Positions 9,357 through 18,393 of a stretch of 64,000 bases of DNA are shown here, piece after piece. The stretch comes from Anaerolineaceae bacterium. GTDB lineage: Bacteria > Chloroflexota > Anaerolineae > Anaerolineales > Anaerolineaceae. The stretch's first letter is position 1. Each line of letters opens with the position of its first letter. The translations under genes were made by a program, and so were the position numbers. The stretch is from positions 1,799 through 65,798 of the forward strand of contig JAYRQY010000108.1 of assembly GCA_041910365.1 (NCBI GenBank), written 5' to 3'. The notes under the pieces were generated by a model. The model was not told the origin of the DNA. It did no database searches and saw nothing but the letters and a program-made list of their open reading frames with translations.

Positions 9357-10568
9357 ATGGAACCCACAATCCCTCCCCGTCCGGACCAGGAACCGGAAGC
9401 GGGGATGCCTGCAGAAGAGCATCGCCAAACTACATCCGCTAAACCACCTGCTTCCGCCAGCCAGATCTGGAACAGGATCCTCCGGCTGGGTCTCGGCGAG
9501 ACCACCTTGCGTACCGGCATGCTCATCACAACCGGGCTGCTGGTGCTCCTGGTAGTTTGGGTAATGGGCACATACTTCCTCACCGGGCAAAAGAACAGCA
9601 ATGAGGCCACTCCCACCGCCGAAGAGATTGCCATGATCCCCACGCTCCCTTCAGCCCAAAACCCCCTTGCCTTGATCGCGAGTGATTTCAGCATCAACCG
9701 CGCCGCCGACTATCACACCAACCTGCCGGCCAAACCACGGGACGATATCATCGAATACATTGTGCAACAGGGAGACACCGTTTTCGGCATCGCTGAGAAA
9801 TTCGGTCTGCAGCCGGAATGGGTGCTGTGGTGCAACAAGCACATCCTGGGAGACAACCCGGCGTTCATCCGCCCCGGCCTGGTGCTGCTCATCCCGCCAT
9901 TCCAGGGCGTGGTGCATCAATGGGTGGGCGGTGTGGATGGTTTGAATGGCGTTGCCAAGGGAACCAATAGCAGCGTTGACGCCATCCTCGATTGGCCCTG
10001 GAACGACCTCGACCGCGCTACCATCGGGGATTACGCCATGCCGAACATCCCGGATGGCAAACTCATTTTCATCCCCAATGGTACCGGGCAATACACAGAC
10101 TGGCTGCCCACGTTCAGCCGCGATAACCCCGCTGCGGCGCAGATCATGGGACCGGGATACTGCGGCGAAGTTTATGACGGACCAATTGGCACCGGTACCT
10201 TCATCTGGCCGACCACCGAAACCTGGCTCTCCGGCTATGACTGGTCTCCTAGCACCAATCACTTTGGGATCGACATCGCCGGTGATATCGGTAATATCAT
10301 TTATTCTGTGGATGATGGCGTGGTGGTGTATTCCGGCTGGAACAATTACGGCTATGGCAACCTTATCGTAGTCGACCACGGCAACGGCTGGCAGTCCGTT
10401 TATGCGCATCTTGACCAGACCATCAAAGGATGCGGTGATTATGTCTTCCAGGGGGAACAGATCGCCATGCTGGGCACAACCGGCAACTCCTCCGGCCCGC
10501 ACCTGCATTTTGAACTGCGCACCACCGATGGTCAAAAGGTGAACCCATGGAACTTCCTGATCCAATAA
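9357..10568 (+). CDS. Membrane-anchored LysM domain + M23 family metallopeptidase
   Basis: N-terminal TM helix, LysM (YIVQQGDTVFGIAEKFG), and M23 motifs (HFGIDIAG ... GNSSGPHLHFEL). Confidence 0.88.
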   Translation: MEPTIPPRPDQEPEAGMPAEEHRQTTSAKPPASASQIWNRILRLGLGETTLRTGMLITTGLLVLLVVWVMGTYFLTGQKNSNEATPTAEEIAMIPTLPSAQNPLALIASDFSINRAADYHTNLPAKPRDDIIEYIVQQGDTVFGIAEKFGLQPEWVLWCNKHILGDNPAFIRPGLVLLIPPFQGVVHQWVGGVDGLNGVAKGTNSSVDAILDWPWNDLDRATIGDYAMPNIPDGKLIFIPNGTGQYTDWLPTFSRDNPAAAQIMGPGYCGEVYDGPIGTGTFIWPTTETWLSGYDWSPSTNHFGIDIAGDIGNIIYSVDDGVVVYSGWNNYGYGNLIVVDHGNGWQSVYAHLDQTIKGCGDYVFQGEQIAMLGTTGNSSGPHLHFELRTTDGQKVNPWNFLIQ

Positions 10569-10621
10569 GGCTGTGTCTGATTCAGAAAAATTGACACGGC
10601 TCTCGTTTTCCGCAAGCAAGG

Positions 10622-10654
10622 CGCATCTCCCGCGTAAACAGGGGATGCGTTTTT
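10622..10654 (+). terminator. Rho-independent terminator
   Basis: Stem CGCATC(T)CCC/GGGGATGCG with one bulge, followed by TTTTT. Confidence 0.6.
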
Positions 10655-10712
10655 ATTTAACAGGCATTTTTAATCGGCAATCGGTATAATGGAATTGTTC
10701 AAGAGGTGATGC

Positions 10713-11555
10713 ATGAGCAATTTCCCATCCGTCCGACCTTCTCCAATTGCCGGTTCATGGTATCCCGGCAGCAAAACCGCCCTGCGCAGCGCTATCGAGG
10801 AATACCTGGAGCAAGCGGGTGAAGCAAAATTGCCGGGGAAAGTGTATGGGCTCATCGCGCCGCATGCCGGGTACTTTTATTCCGGCAGCACCGCCGGATA
10901 CGCCTACCGCTGCGTGCAGGGAGAAAGCTTTGATTACTGCGCAGTCTTCTCGCCATTCCACGATTACCAGCCTTTTGACTTCTTAACCAGTGCGCACCAG
11001 GCTTATTCAACGCCACTGGGGGAAATCCCTGTTGCAGCCGGGCTGCTGGATGAACTCAACGACCATTTGCATGCACAATCCGGGCTCTCCCTGCAGCGCA
11101 TTGCCCTTGACCGGGAGCACTCCCTGGAGATACAACTGCCCTTCCTCCAGGTCGCGCTGAAAGATTCCTTTGAATTGCTTCCCATCATGGTGCGCACCCA
11201 TCATGCCGCCGCGCTGCAGGAAGTTGCCAACGCACTCTCAAAAGTACTGGCTGGAAAACGTGTGCTGATCGTTGCCAGCACCGATCTTTCACATTTTTAT
11301 CCGCAGCACGATGCAAACCGTTTTGATAATGTGATGACCACGAACTTTGTCCAGTTTGACCCGCAGGGCGTGCTGGATGCCGAAGCCAAACAGAGGGGGT
11401 TTGCATGCGGCGCGGGAGCCGTGGCATTGGCGTTATGGACCAGCAGGCTGCTCGGCGCAACGCAGGTGACCCTTCTGCGCCACACCACCTCTGCCGAAGC
11501 CTCTGGCGATACCTCCAGCGTTGTGGGTTACGCCGCAGCTGCCATCACCGGATAA
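10713..11555 (+). CDS. Memo-like protein / AmmeMemoRadiSam system protein B family
   Basis: N-terminal PIAGSWYPG and APHAGYFYSG motifs typical of the MEMO1 family. TATAAT at 10685-10690 and AAGAGGTG Shine-Dalgarno upstream. Confidence 0.8.
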   Translation: MSNFPSVRPSPIAGSWYPGSKTALRSAIEEYLEQAGEAKLPGKVYGLIAPHAGYFYSGSTAGYAYRCVQGESFDYCAVFSPFHDYQPFDFLTSAHQAYSTPLGEIPVAAGLLDELNDHLHAQSGLSLQRIALDREHSLEIQLPFLQVALKDSFELLPIMVRTHHAAALQEVANALSKVLAGKRVLIVASTDLSHFYPQHDANRFDNVMTTNFVQFDPQGVLDAEAKQRGFACGAGAVALALWTSRLLGATQVTLLRHTTSAEASGDTSSVVGYAAAAITG

Positions 11556-11563
11556 GCAGATCG

Positions 11564-14047
11564 ATGAATCCATACGCGCGGGTTTCTGTCAACATCCCCC
11601 AGGTATCGCGGGTATTTGATTATTCCGTTCCCGCGGCATTGGCTGGCGCCATTCACATCGGGTCACTCGTCCAGGTGCCCTTCGGCAAACAGGTGGTGCA
11701 GGGCATCGTGGTTGGCCTGCCGGCAGAAGCGATGGTGGAAGAAACGCGCCCGGTTGAGGCGGTGATCGAAAGCGAAGCGGTGGTCACCCCGCAGCAGATC
11801 GCCCTCGCTGAAGATCTGGCAAGCCAAAACTTTGCAACAATTTCGGCTTTTCTTGACCTGATGGTGCCCCCCGGGCTCAGCCAGCATGCCGACGTGCGCC
11901 TGCGCCTGGTGGAGGATGCTTCAGCCCTCCGACCCTCCCCCCTGCAGGAACGCCTGGTGAATTTGCTGCAAAAACGCGGTGAACTGCGCGGTTCGCAGGT
12001 CTCCGCCGCCCTGCCCAACGTGGATTGGCGCAGCGCGGCTGCAGCGCTTGCCAAACAGAATGTTCTCACCCTCACTCCCTTCTTACCCCCGCCATCCGTG
12101 CGCCCCAGGGTGTTGCACACCGCGCTTTTCCTCAAAAATGTCCCGGCTGATGAAGAAGGGATGAGGTCTCTCGGGCGGGGCAGCCCATTGCAGGCGCGGC
12201 GCAAGCGCGTTTTGGATTTTCTGCAAAACGAAGCGATGCCGGTTACGGTTAATTGGATATATGCCGAAACAGGCGCAAATGGCAGTGATCTTGAAGCACT
12301 ATCCGGGTTGGGCATGCTGCAACTGGGAGAGAGTGAAGTATGGCGGGACCCATTAGCGAACTTAAAACCGGTGCTCACCACTGCGCCTGAATTAACCCCC
12401 GAACAGCAGCACGTGATGGATGTGATCCACGCCCAACTCACCGGTAAAGAAAAGCGAGAGCCGATCCTCATCCACGGGATCACCGGTTCCGGCAAGACGG
12501 AAGTGTACCTGCAAGCCGTGGAAGAAGTACTGGCACAGGGCAAGGGGGCGTTCATCCTGGTTCCAGAAATCTCGCTTACCCCGCAGACTGCACGGCGATT
12601 TTATGCACGCTTCCCGGGGAAGGTTGGCTTGATCCACTCCAAGTTATCCCCTGGCGAACGGTATGACACCTGGCGGCGCATCCGCACGGGTGCGCTGCCC
12701 ATTGTGGTGGGCGCCCGCAGCGCCCTTTTTTCTCCGCTGCCGCTACCCGGGCTGATCGTGATCGATGAATGCCATGACCATTCCTACCACCAGGAAGACA
12801 ATCCGCCGCAGTATCATACGGTGGCAGCAGCCATGACCTATGCGCAACAAACCGGCGCGGTACTGGTGCTGGGATCCGCCACCCCCGGCATCGAGATGCT
12901 GGCACAATTCAAGCAGCGCAAGTGGCCCATTCTTTCTCTGCCCAACCGGGTGGCGGCCAGCCTACCCGGGGAACCGGGCAAAACCACCACGGTTTCCCCG
13001 CCGCTGCCTGATATCGAGGTGGTGGACATGCGCAGCGAATTGCGCAGTGGTAACCGGACTGCCCTCAGCAGATCGCTGCAACAGGAACTGGGCAAGGTGC
13101 TGGAACGCGGCGAACAGGCGATCCTCTTCCTCAACCGGCGCGGCTCGGCATCTTATGTGTTTTGCCGAGATTGCGGCTTTGTACTGCGCTGCAGCCGCTG
13201 CAATACCCAGTACACCTGGCATGCCGGCAGCGCCATGCTGGTCTGCCATAACTGCAACCACCAGCGCCAGATGCCAAAAACCTGCCCGGCTTGTGCCGGT
13301 ACCAATTTACGGCAATTCGGCATGGGCACCGAGAGCCTTGAAAAACTGGTGCTGGAAGCCTTCCCCGCAGCCCGTACACTACGCTGGGATGCCGACACCA
13401 CGCGTTACAAAGGCGCACATGACCTGATCCTGGACCATTTTACTCAGCACCGCGCTGACATCCTCATCGGCACACAGATGCTCGCCAAAGGACTGGACCT
13501 GCCGCTGGTGACCCTGGTGGGCATCATCCTGGCGGATCTGAGCCTGCACCTTCCGGACTTCCGAGCGCCCGAACGCACCTTTCAGCTCATTACCCAGGTA
13601 GCGGGTCGTTCCGGGCGGGGCAGCCTGCGCGGTAAAACGGTACTGCAAACCTTTGAGCCGGACAATTATGCCATCCAGTGCGCCGCCAGTTATGATTTCG
13701 AGCGGTTTATGCAGATCGACCTTGAATACCGAAAAAAACTGGGCTATCCGCCATTCAGCAGTCTCATCCGCATCGAATTCCGTCATCCAAGGTCTGAGGT
13801 TGTTCAGCAGCAGGCTTTGCAGGCGCGCGACATGCTCACAACGTGGATTGCGCAGGAAGACCTGCGCCAGACAGATATCATCGGACCAGCCCCGTGCTAT
13901 TATGAAAAACGCGCCGGGGTTTACCGCTGGCAGTTGCTGCTGCGCGGTTCCAATCCCGGGCGGCTGCTGCAGGCGCATCCTGCGTCAGAATGGAATCTGG
14001 GGGGAGCGACCGTACAGGTAACACTGGATCCCACAACCATGCTGTAA
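11564..14047 (+). CDS. priA: Primosomal protein N' (replication restart helicase PriA)
   Basis: Walker A GITGSGKTEVY, DECH box, and Cys-rich zinc region (CRDCG..CSRCN..CHNCN..CPACAG). Start at MNPYARVSVNIP, 8 nt after the Memo-like stop. Confidence 0.92.
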   Translation: MNPYARVSVNIPQVSRVFDYSVPAALAGAIHIGSLVQVPFGKQVVQGIVVGLPAEAMVEETRPVEAVIESEAVVTPQQIALAEDLASQNFATISAFLDLMVPPGLSQHADVRLRLVEDASALRPSPLQERLVNLLQKRGELRGSQVSAALPNVDWRSAAAALAKQNVLTLTPFLPPPSVRPRVLHTALFLKNVPADEEGMRSLGRGSPLQARRKRVLDFLQNEAMPVTVNWIYAETGANGSDLEALSGLGMLQLGESEVWRDPLANLKPVLTTAPELTPEQQHVMDVIHAQLTGKEKREPILIHGITGSGKTEVYLQAVEEVLAQGKGAFILVPEISLTPQTARRFYARFPGKVGLIHSKLSPGERYDTWRRIRTGALPIVVGARSALFSPLPLPGLIVIDECHDHSYHQEDNPPQYHTVAAAMTYAQQTGAVLVLGSATPGIEMLAQFKQRKWPILSLPNRVAASLPGEPGKTTTVSPPLPDIEVVDMRSELRSGNRTALSRSLQQELGKVLERGEQAILFLNRRGSASYVFCRDCGFVLRCSRCNTQYTWHAGSAMLVCHNCNHQRQMPKTCPACAGTNLRQFGMGTESLEKLVLEAFPAARTLRWDADTTRYKGAHDLILDHFTQHRADILIGTQMLAKGLDLPLVTLVGIILADLSLHLPDFRAPERTFQLITQVAGRSGRGSLRGKTVLQTFEPDNYAIQCAASYDFERFMQIDLEYRKKLGYPPFSSLIRIEFRHPRSEVVQQQALQARDMLTTWIAQEDLRQTDIIGPAPCYYEKRAGVYRWQLLLRGSNPGRLLQAHPASEWNLGGATVQVTLDPTTML

Positions 14048-14052
14048 CAAAA

Positions 14053-14080
14053 GACGCTCTTGCGAGCGTCGGGTTTTTTT
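14053..14080. terminator. Bidirectional rho-independent terminator between convergent priA and the M23 peptidase gene
   Basis: GACGCTC-TTGC-GAGCGTC stem-loop, flanked by an A-run on one side and T7 on the other. Confidence 0.8.
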
Positions 14081-14090
14081 CAAGAAATAA

Positions 14091-15188
14091 TTATTGTCCA
14101 AGCACGTACCACGGATTGACGAAACCGCCATTGAGGCGTACCTCAAAGTGCACATGGGACCCGGTAGATTTGCCGGTGGAGCCGGCTGCGCCGACATACT
14201 GCCCCTGGACAACCTGCTGCCCGCAGGCAACCGCCAGCGAAGACATGTGACCGTAAATGGTCTGGTAACCATTGTTGTGGTCGATCTCCACCATGTAACC
14301 GTAACCGGAATCGTTCCAGCCGGAGTAAATCACCGTTCCGGAATCGGAGGCGTAAACGGGAGTGCCGGTAGCGGCTGCAATGTCTATCCCCAGGTGGTAA
14401 GAGGCGTAATCGTACCCGGAAAGGAAATGATTGGCAACCGGCCAAATGAAGGCGGTGGAACCAACATAACCCGTTGCCGGCGCTTCACATCCTCCCGGTC
14501 CACTGACCACGCGGGTGACCCCCGAGCGGGGCGCAAACGCCATCGGTACGATCCAGGCGACCGTTTCTCGCCAGCCATCCGGGATCATCACATATTCCAG
14601 GTTGGTGGTATCCGGGTTTGTGATATCCAGGTGATTTGAAGGCCAGCTGATGATATCGTCCTTATCAGCGTAGTACTTTTCAGCCACTTTTTCCAGGGTG
14701 TCGTCTTTATTCCATTCGTAATAGATCCCATCAGTCGGCGGGATGGTAAGCCGCCAACCGGGAGCAATGAGCGTGGGGTCGTCTTTCAACAGGTCATAAT
14801 TCGCCCACAAGATGGACTCGGGCTCAAGGCCGAATTGCTTGGCAATCGAAAAAATGGAATCCCCTTCCTGCACCGTGTATTTGACCGGGTACTGGCGGAT
14901 TCCATCGGGAATTTGCGTATCAAATTCAAGCTGGCGGAGAATGGCATAACTCACCTGTGCAGGCTGATACTCCGGCAGAGTGATATCCGTATTTTCAACC
15001 AGGCTGGTTACGGGTTCGCTGGTGTCTTCATTCTTAAATGGATTGAGCTTGAAGAGCACCAAAACCAGGACAACTACCAGTAAGGCGGTGACCCCCCAGG
15101 AGAGAATTGGAACCCATTTGTTTGCCCGGGCAGGAGCGGTTTTTGGGATTTCTGCCTGGACCTCCGGGGTTTGTTTTTTTGAACTCAC
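14091..15188 (-). CDS. Membrane-anchored LysM domain + M23 family metallopeptidase (paralog of 9357-10568), GTG start
   Basis: TM helix, LysM (YTVQEGDSIFSIAKQFG), and M23 motifs (HLGIDIAA ... GKSTGSHVHFEV). There is no in-frame ATG before the TM helix outside rho. The GTG at 15188-15186 is preceded by GGAGG and overlaps the rho stop (TAGTG). Confidence 0.8.
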   Translation of the reverse strand: MSSKKQTPEVQAEIPKTAPARANKWVPILSWGVTALLVVVLVLVLFKLNPFKNEDTSEPVTSLVENTDITLPEYQPAQVSYAILRQLEFDTQIPDGIRQYPVKYTVQEGDSIFSIAKQFGLEPESILWANYDLLKDDPTLIAPGWRLTIPPTDGIYYEWNKDDTLEKVAEKYYADKDDIISWPSNHLDITNPDTTNLEYVMIPDGWRETVAWIVPMAFAPRSGVTRVVSGPGGCEAPATGYVGSTAFIWPVANHFLSGYDYASYHLGIDIAAATGTPVYASDSGTVIYSGWNDSGYGYMVEIDHNNGYQTIYGHMSSLAVACGQQVVQGQYVGAAGSTGKSTGSHVHFEVRLNGGFVNPWYVLGQ

Positions 15189-16459
15189 TAATCCTCCGTC
15201 AGGTTTTCCAGGAACTCCAGGTTGTTCTTGGTTTTCACCATGCGCTGCAGGATGGCTTCGGTTGCCACTGAGGGATCCATCCCGGCGCCCTGGGGCGGCG
15301 TGGCGATCATTTGCAGGTACATGCGGCGCATCAGCCAAACACGCGGCAGGATATCTGGTCCGAGCAGCAGGTCTTCGCGGCGGGTGGAGGAACGTTCGAT
15401 ATCGATGGCGGGGAAAATGCGGCGTTCCTGCAGCCGGCGGGAGAGATGCAGCTCCATGTTACCGGTGCCCTTGAACTCCTCGTAGACTACGTCATCCAGG
15501 CGTGAGCCCGTATCCACCAGCGCGGTGGCGATGATCGTGAGCGATCCGCCTTCCTCGATATTTCGGGCTGCGCCAAAGAACTTTTTCGGCGGGTAAAGCG
15601 CGGATGGATCCATACCGCCGGAAAGGGTGCGCCCTGAGGGGTTGACCACCAGGTTGTAAGCCCGCGCCAGGCGGGTAAGCGAATCCATCAAAATGACCAC
15701 GTCGCGCCCGATTTCCACGAGGCGTTTGGCGCGTTCCAGGGTGATCTCCGCCGTGCGTACATGGGAGCTCACTGGTTCATCGAAAGTGGAAGCAACCACC
15801 TCGGCGTCTACGGAACGGTCCATATCCGTCACTTCTTCAGGGCGCTCGCCGATGAGCGCAACGATGAGGTGGATTTCGGGGTTGTTGGCAGCGATTGAGT
15901 TGGCCAATTGCTTGAGGATGGTGGTCTTGCCGGCTTTCGGCGGCGAAACGATCATGCCGCGCTGCCCGCGCCCAATGGGAGCGATGAGATTGATCACGCG
16001 GGAAGAAAGAATGGCGCGGTCAGTTTCAAGGTCAAAGCGTTTGTCCGGGAAGACGGGAGTGAGTGATTCAAAGGTCTTGCGGGTGCGCATTTCTTCAGGC
16101 GCAAGCCCGTTGACGCTCTCCACTTTGAGCAGCCCGTAATGGCGTTCGGCATCACGCGGCGGCCGCACCACGCCAATCACAAAATCTCCCATGCGCAGGT
16201 CGTAGCGCCGCAATTGCGCCTGGGAGACATAAACATCCTCTGAACCGATGGAGTAATTCGTACGCAGAAAACCAACCCCCTCAGGAGTGATCTCCAACAC
16301 GCCGCCTTTTACTTCCACCCCCTGCGCGGCTGCTTCGGCTTTGCAGATCTGGATAATGAGATTCTCTTTTTTAAGACGGTTGGAATTGGGGATGTTCAGG
16401 TCTTCTGCAGCTTTGCGCAGTGTTGCCAGCGGGGCATTTTCCATTTCGATAATGTTCAT
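15188..16459 (-). CDS. rho: Transcription termination factor Rho
   Basis: N-terminal RNA-binding domain and Walker A SPPKAGKTT. Overall Rho-like sequence throughout. Confidence 0.95.
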   Translation of the reverse strand: MNIIEMENAPLATLRKAAEDLNIPNSNRLKKENLIIQICKAEAAAQGVEVKGGVLEITPEGVGFLRTNYSIGSEDVYVSQAQLRRYDLRMGDFVIGVVRPPRDAERHYGLLKVESVNGLAPEEMRTRKTFESLTPVFPDKRFDLETDRAILSSRVINLIAPIGRGQRGMIVSPPKAGKTTILKQLANSIAANNPEIHLIVALIGERPEEVTDMDRSVDAEVVASTFDEPVSSHVRTAEITLERAKRLVEIGRDVVILMDSLTRLARAYNLVVNPSGRTLSGGMDPSALYPPKKFFGAARNIEEGGSLTIIATALVDTGSRLDDVVYEEFKGTGNMELHLSRRLQERRIFPAIDIERSSTRREDLLLGPDILPRVWLMRRMYLQMIATPPQGAGMDPSVATEAILQRMVKTKNNLEFLENLTED

Positions 16460-16624
16460 ATTTAATTTGTCCAGTTTTTTCTTTTAAGGTTTATGGGATT
16501 CCTCCTGCCAGGCAGGGGAAAGAAAGTCTCAATTAGGGATGCTATCGGGAGTTGGTTTTTGCCCACGCCCACACGGGCAAGGGTCTATGCAATGTAAATG
16601 GTTGAAGTTTCCTCAGGTATTGAA

Positions 16625-16653
16625 AGTATAACATGAATAAAAATGAGGTGCAA
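16625..16653 (-). promoter_or_regulatory. Candidate promoter for rho, giving a 5' UTR of about 160 nt
   Basis: Minus strand reads TTGCAC-17 nt-TATACT. Confidence 0.45.
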
Positions 16654-16706
16654 GCGAAGATTTTATGCAAGAGGCAAGAAACAGTTTACACTTTCGTCAA
16701 GGGGAT

Positions 16707-18326
16707 TCAGCCCAAGTACTCGCGTAAATGCCGGCTGCGGGTGGGATGGCGCAGCTTACGCAGGGCTTTGGCTTCGATCTGGCGGATGCGCTCGCGGGTG
16801 ACATTGAAATAACGGCTGACCTCTTCCAGGGTGTGATCCTTGCCGTCGATGAGCCCAAAGCGAAGTTCCAACACCTGCCGTTCGCGTTCAGAGAGCGCCG
16901 CCAGTGCACTTTGAACCTGTTCGCGCAGCATCTCGCGGGCAGCGGCATCCATTGGCTCGAGGGCTTCGTCATCCTCGATAAAATCGCCCAATTGGCTGCT
17001 TTCCTCATCCCCCACCGGGCGTTCAAGCGAGATCGGCTCCTCGGCGGATTGGAGGATGCGCTGCACCTTCACCGTTGCCCATGTCCAGCGTTTCTGCAAT
17101 TCACCATCGATGGGCTGGTTGATCTCGCGCGCATGTTTTATGGATGCGGCATCTTCCGGTGAAAGCAGGTCACTTTCCAGCGCCAGTTCCTCCGTGGTGG
17201 GCTCGCGCCCCAGCACCTGCACCAGCGATCGCTGGATGCGCAGGAGGCGCGTGATGGCTTCAAACAAGTGCACCGGGATGCGGATGGTGCGCGCGTGTTC
17301 GGCAATGTAACGGCTGATGGATTGCCGGATCCACCAGGTGGCATAAGTACTGAACTTAAATCCACGCGTTGAATCGAATTTTGAGACCGCACGCAGCAAT
17401 CCCAAATTTCCCTCCTGGATGAGATCCAGAAAGGATATACCCCGCCCCAGGTAACGCTTGGCAATGCTCACCACCAGGCGCAAGTTCGCCCGGATGAGCG
17501 TCTGGTTGGCTTCTTCCGCCCGGCGGTTTACACCTTCCACTTCGGTCTTGAGGGCTTTATCCTCCGGCAGGCGCCGCTTGAACCACGCTGCTTCGGGCAT
17601 CACTGGCGTTACGGTCAGTTTTTTTAACAGGGGAATGGAAATGACATCGGGAAGAAGGTACAGACCGAGGAAGAGCGCGTAGGCGTGCCGCACCAACTCT
17701 TCCCAGATGGCATCCTTGCCCCAGCGCCCGTTATCGAGATAGGAACGCAGATACGAGGGAATCTCAGCCTGCCAGCTCTTGCGGAGCAACTGGGCTTCTG
17801 CCAGGGTCAGCGCCAGGTCTGGGCATTCGGTGCTGCCAATCCGCGCTGCGTCTTCCTGCAGGCGTACCCAGGAAGTGAGCAGGTCGCTGATGATGTTGGC
17901 AAACAACTGGCGGTGATGCCCGTCGATCGCCCGCGTTGATTTAATGTGGTTGGCGAGCATATCCACGCGCACCTTGGCTTCGATGCGTGCAGCCAGCCTG
18001 AACTCCGAATCGGCGTCAAGGAGGTGGATCTGCCCAATTTCCTTAAGATACAGGCGCACAGGGTCTTCGGAAAGCTCAAGCGCAATGGTGGGGTCTTCGA
18101 GGATTTCCAGCGGATCTTCAGGGACAACTTCACCCCAATCCTCGCGTGCCTGCACGATCTGGGCTTCATCCGGATCCTGCTTGGCGATGGCATCATCATC
18201 AAACCCCTCCTGCAGATCGCCGGGTTTGGGCACACGGATGCGCTTAACAACCCCTGCTTTTTTGGGTGCAGCGGTTTTTTTGATTTGCTTCCTGGAGGTT
18301 GAGGTTGGTTTTTTTGTGGTCGTCAC
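16707..18326 (-). CDS. rpoD: Primary RNA polymerase sigma factor (sigma-70 family, group 1)
   Basis: Regions 1.2, 2 ([10 protein letters not shown]), 3 and 4.2 ([19 protein letters not shown]), plus a Lys-rich N-terminal extension. Confidence 0.95.
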   Translation of the reverse strand: MTTTKKPTSTSRKQIKKTAAPKKAGVVKRIRVPKPGDLQEGFDDDAIAKQDPDEAQIVQAREDWGEVVPEDPLEILEDPTIALELSEDPVRLYLKEIGQIHLLDADSEFRLAARIEAKVRVDMLANHIKSTRAIDGHHRQLFANIISDLLTSWVRLQEDAARIGSTECPDLALTLAEAQLLRKSWQAEIPSYLRSYLDNGRWGKDAIWEELVRHAYALFLGLYLLPDVISIPLLKKLTVTPVMPEAAWFKRRLPEDKALKTEVEGVNRRAEEANQTLIRANLRLVVSIAKRYLGRGISFLDLIQEGNLGLLRAVSKFDSTRGFKFSTYATWWIRQSISRYIAEHARTIRIPVHLFEAITRLLRIQRSLVQVLGREPTTEELALESDLLSPEDAASIKHAREINQPIDGELQKRWTWATVKVQRILQSAEEPISLERPVGDEESSQLGDFIEDDEALEPMDAAAREMLREQVQSALAALSERERQVLELRFGLIDGKDHTLEEVSRYFNVTRERIRQIEAKALRKLRHPTRSRHLREYLG

Positions 18327-18393
18327 TGGAAAAGGTTTAGCCGATGTTTTTATTGAAACAATGGTTAACTATACCATACTGTCAAGGGATAAA

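Noticed and set aside
15189-15338. ATG at 15338 as the start of the second LysM-M23 peptidase (ORF-track start)
   Set aside because: It would require 150 nt of out-of-frame overlap with the conserved C-terminus of Rho. The GTG at 15188 with GGAGG is a better start.
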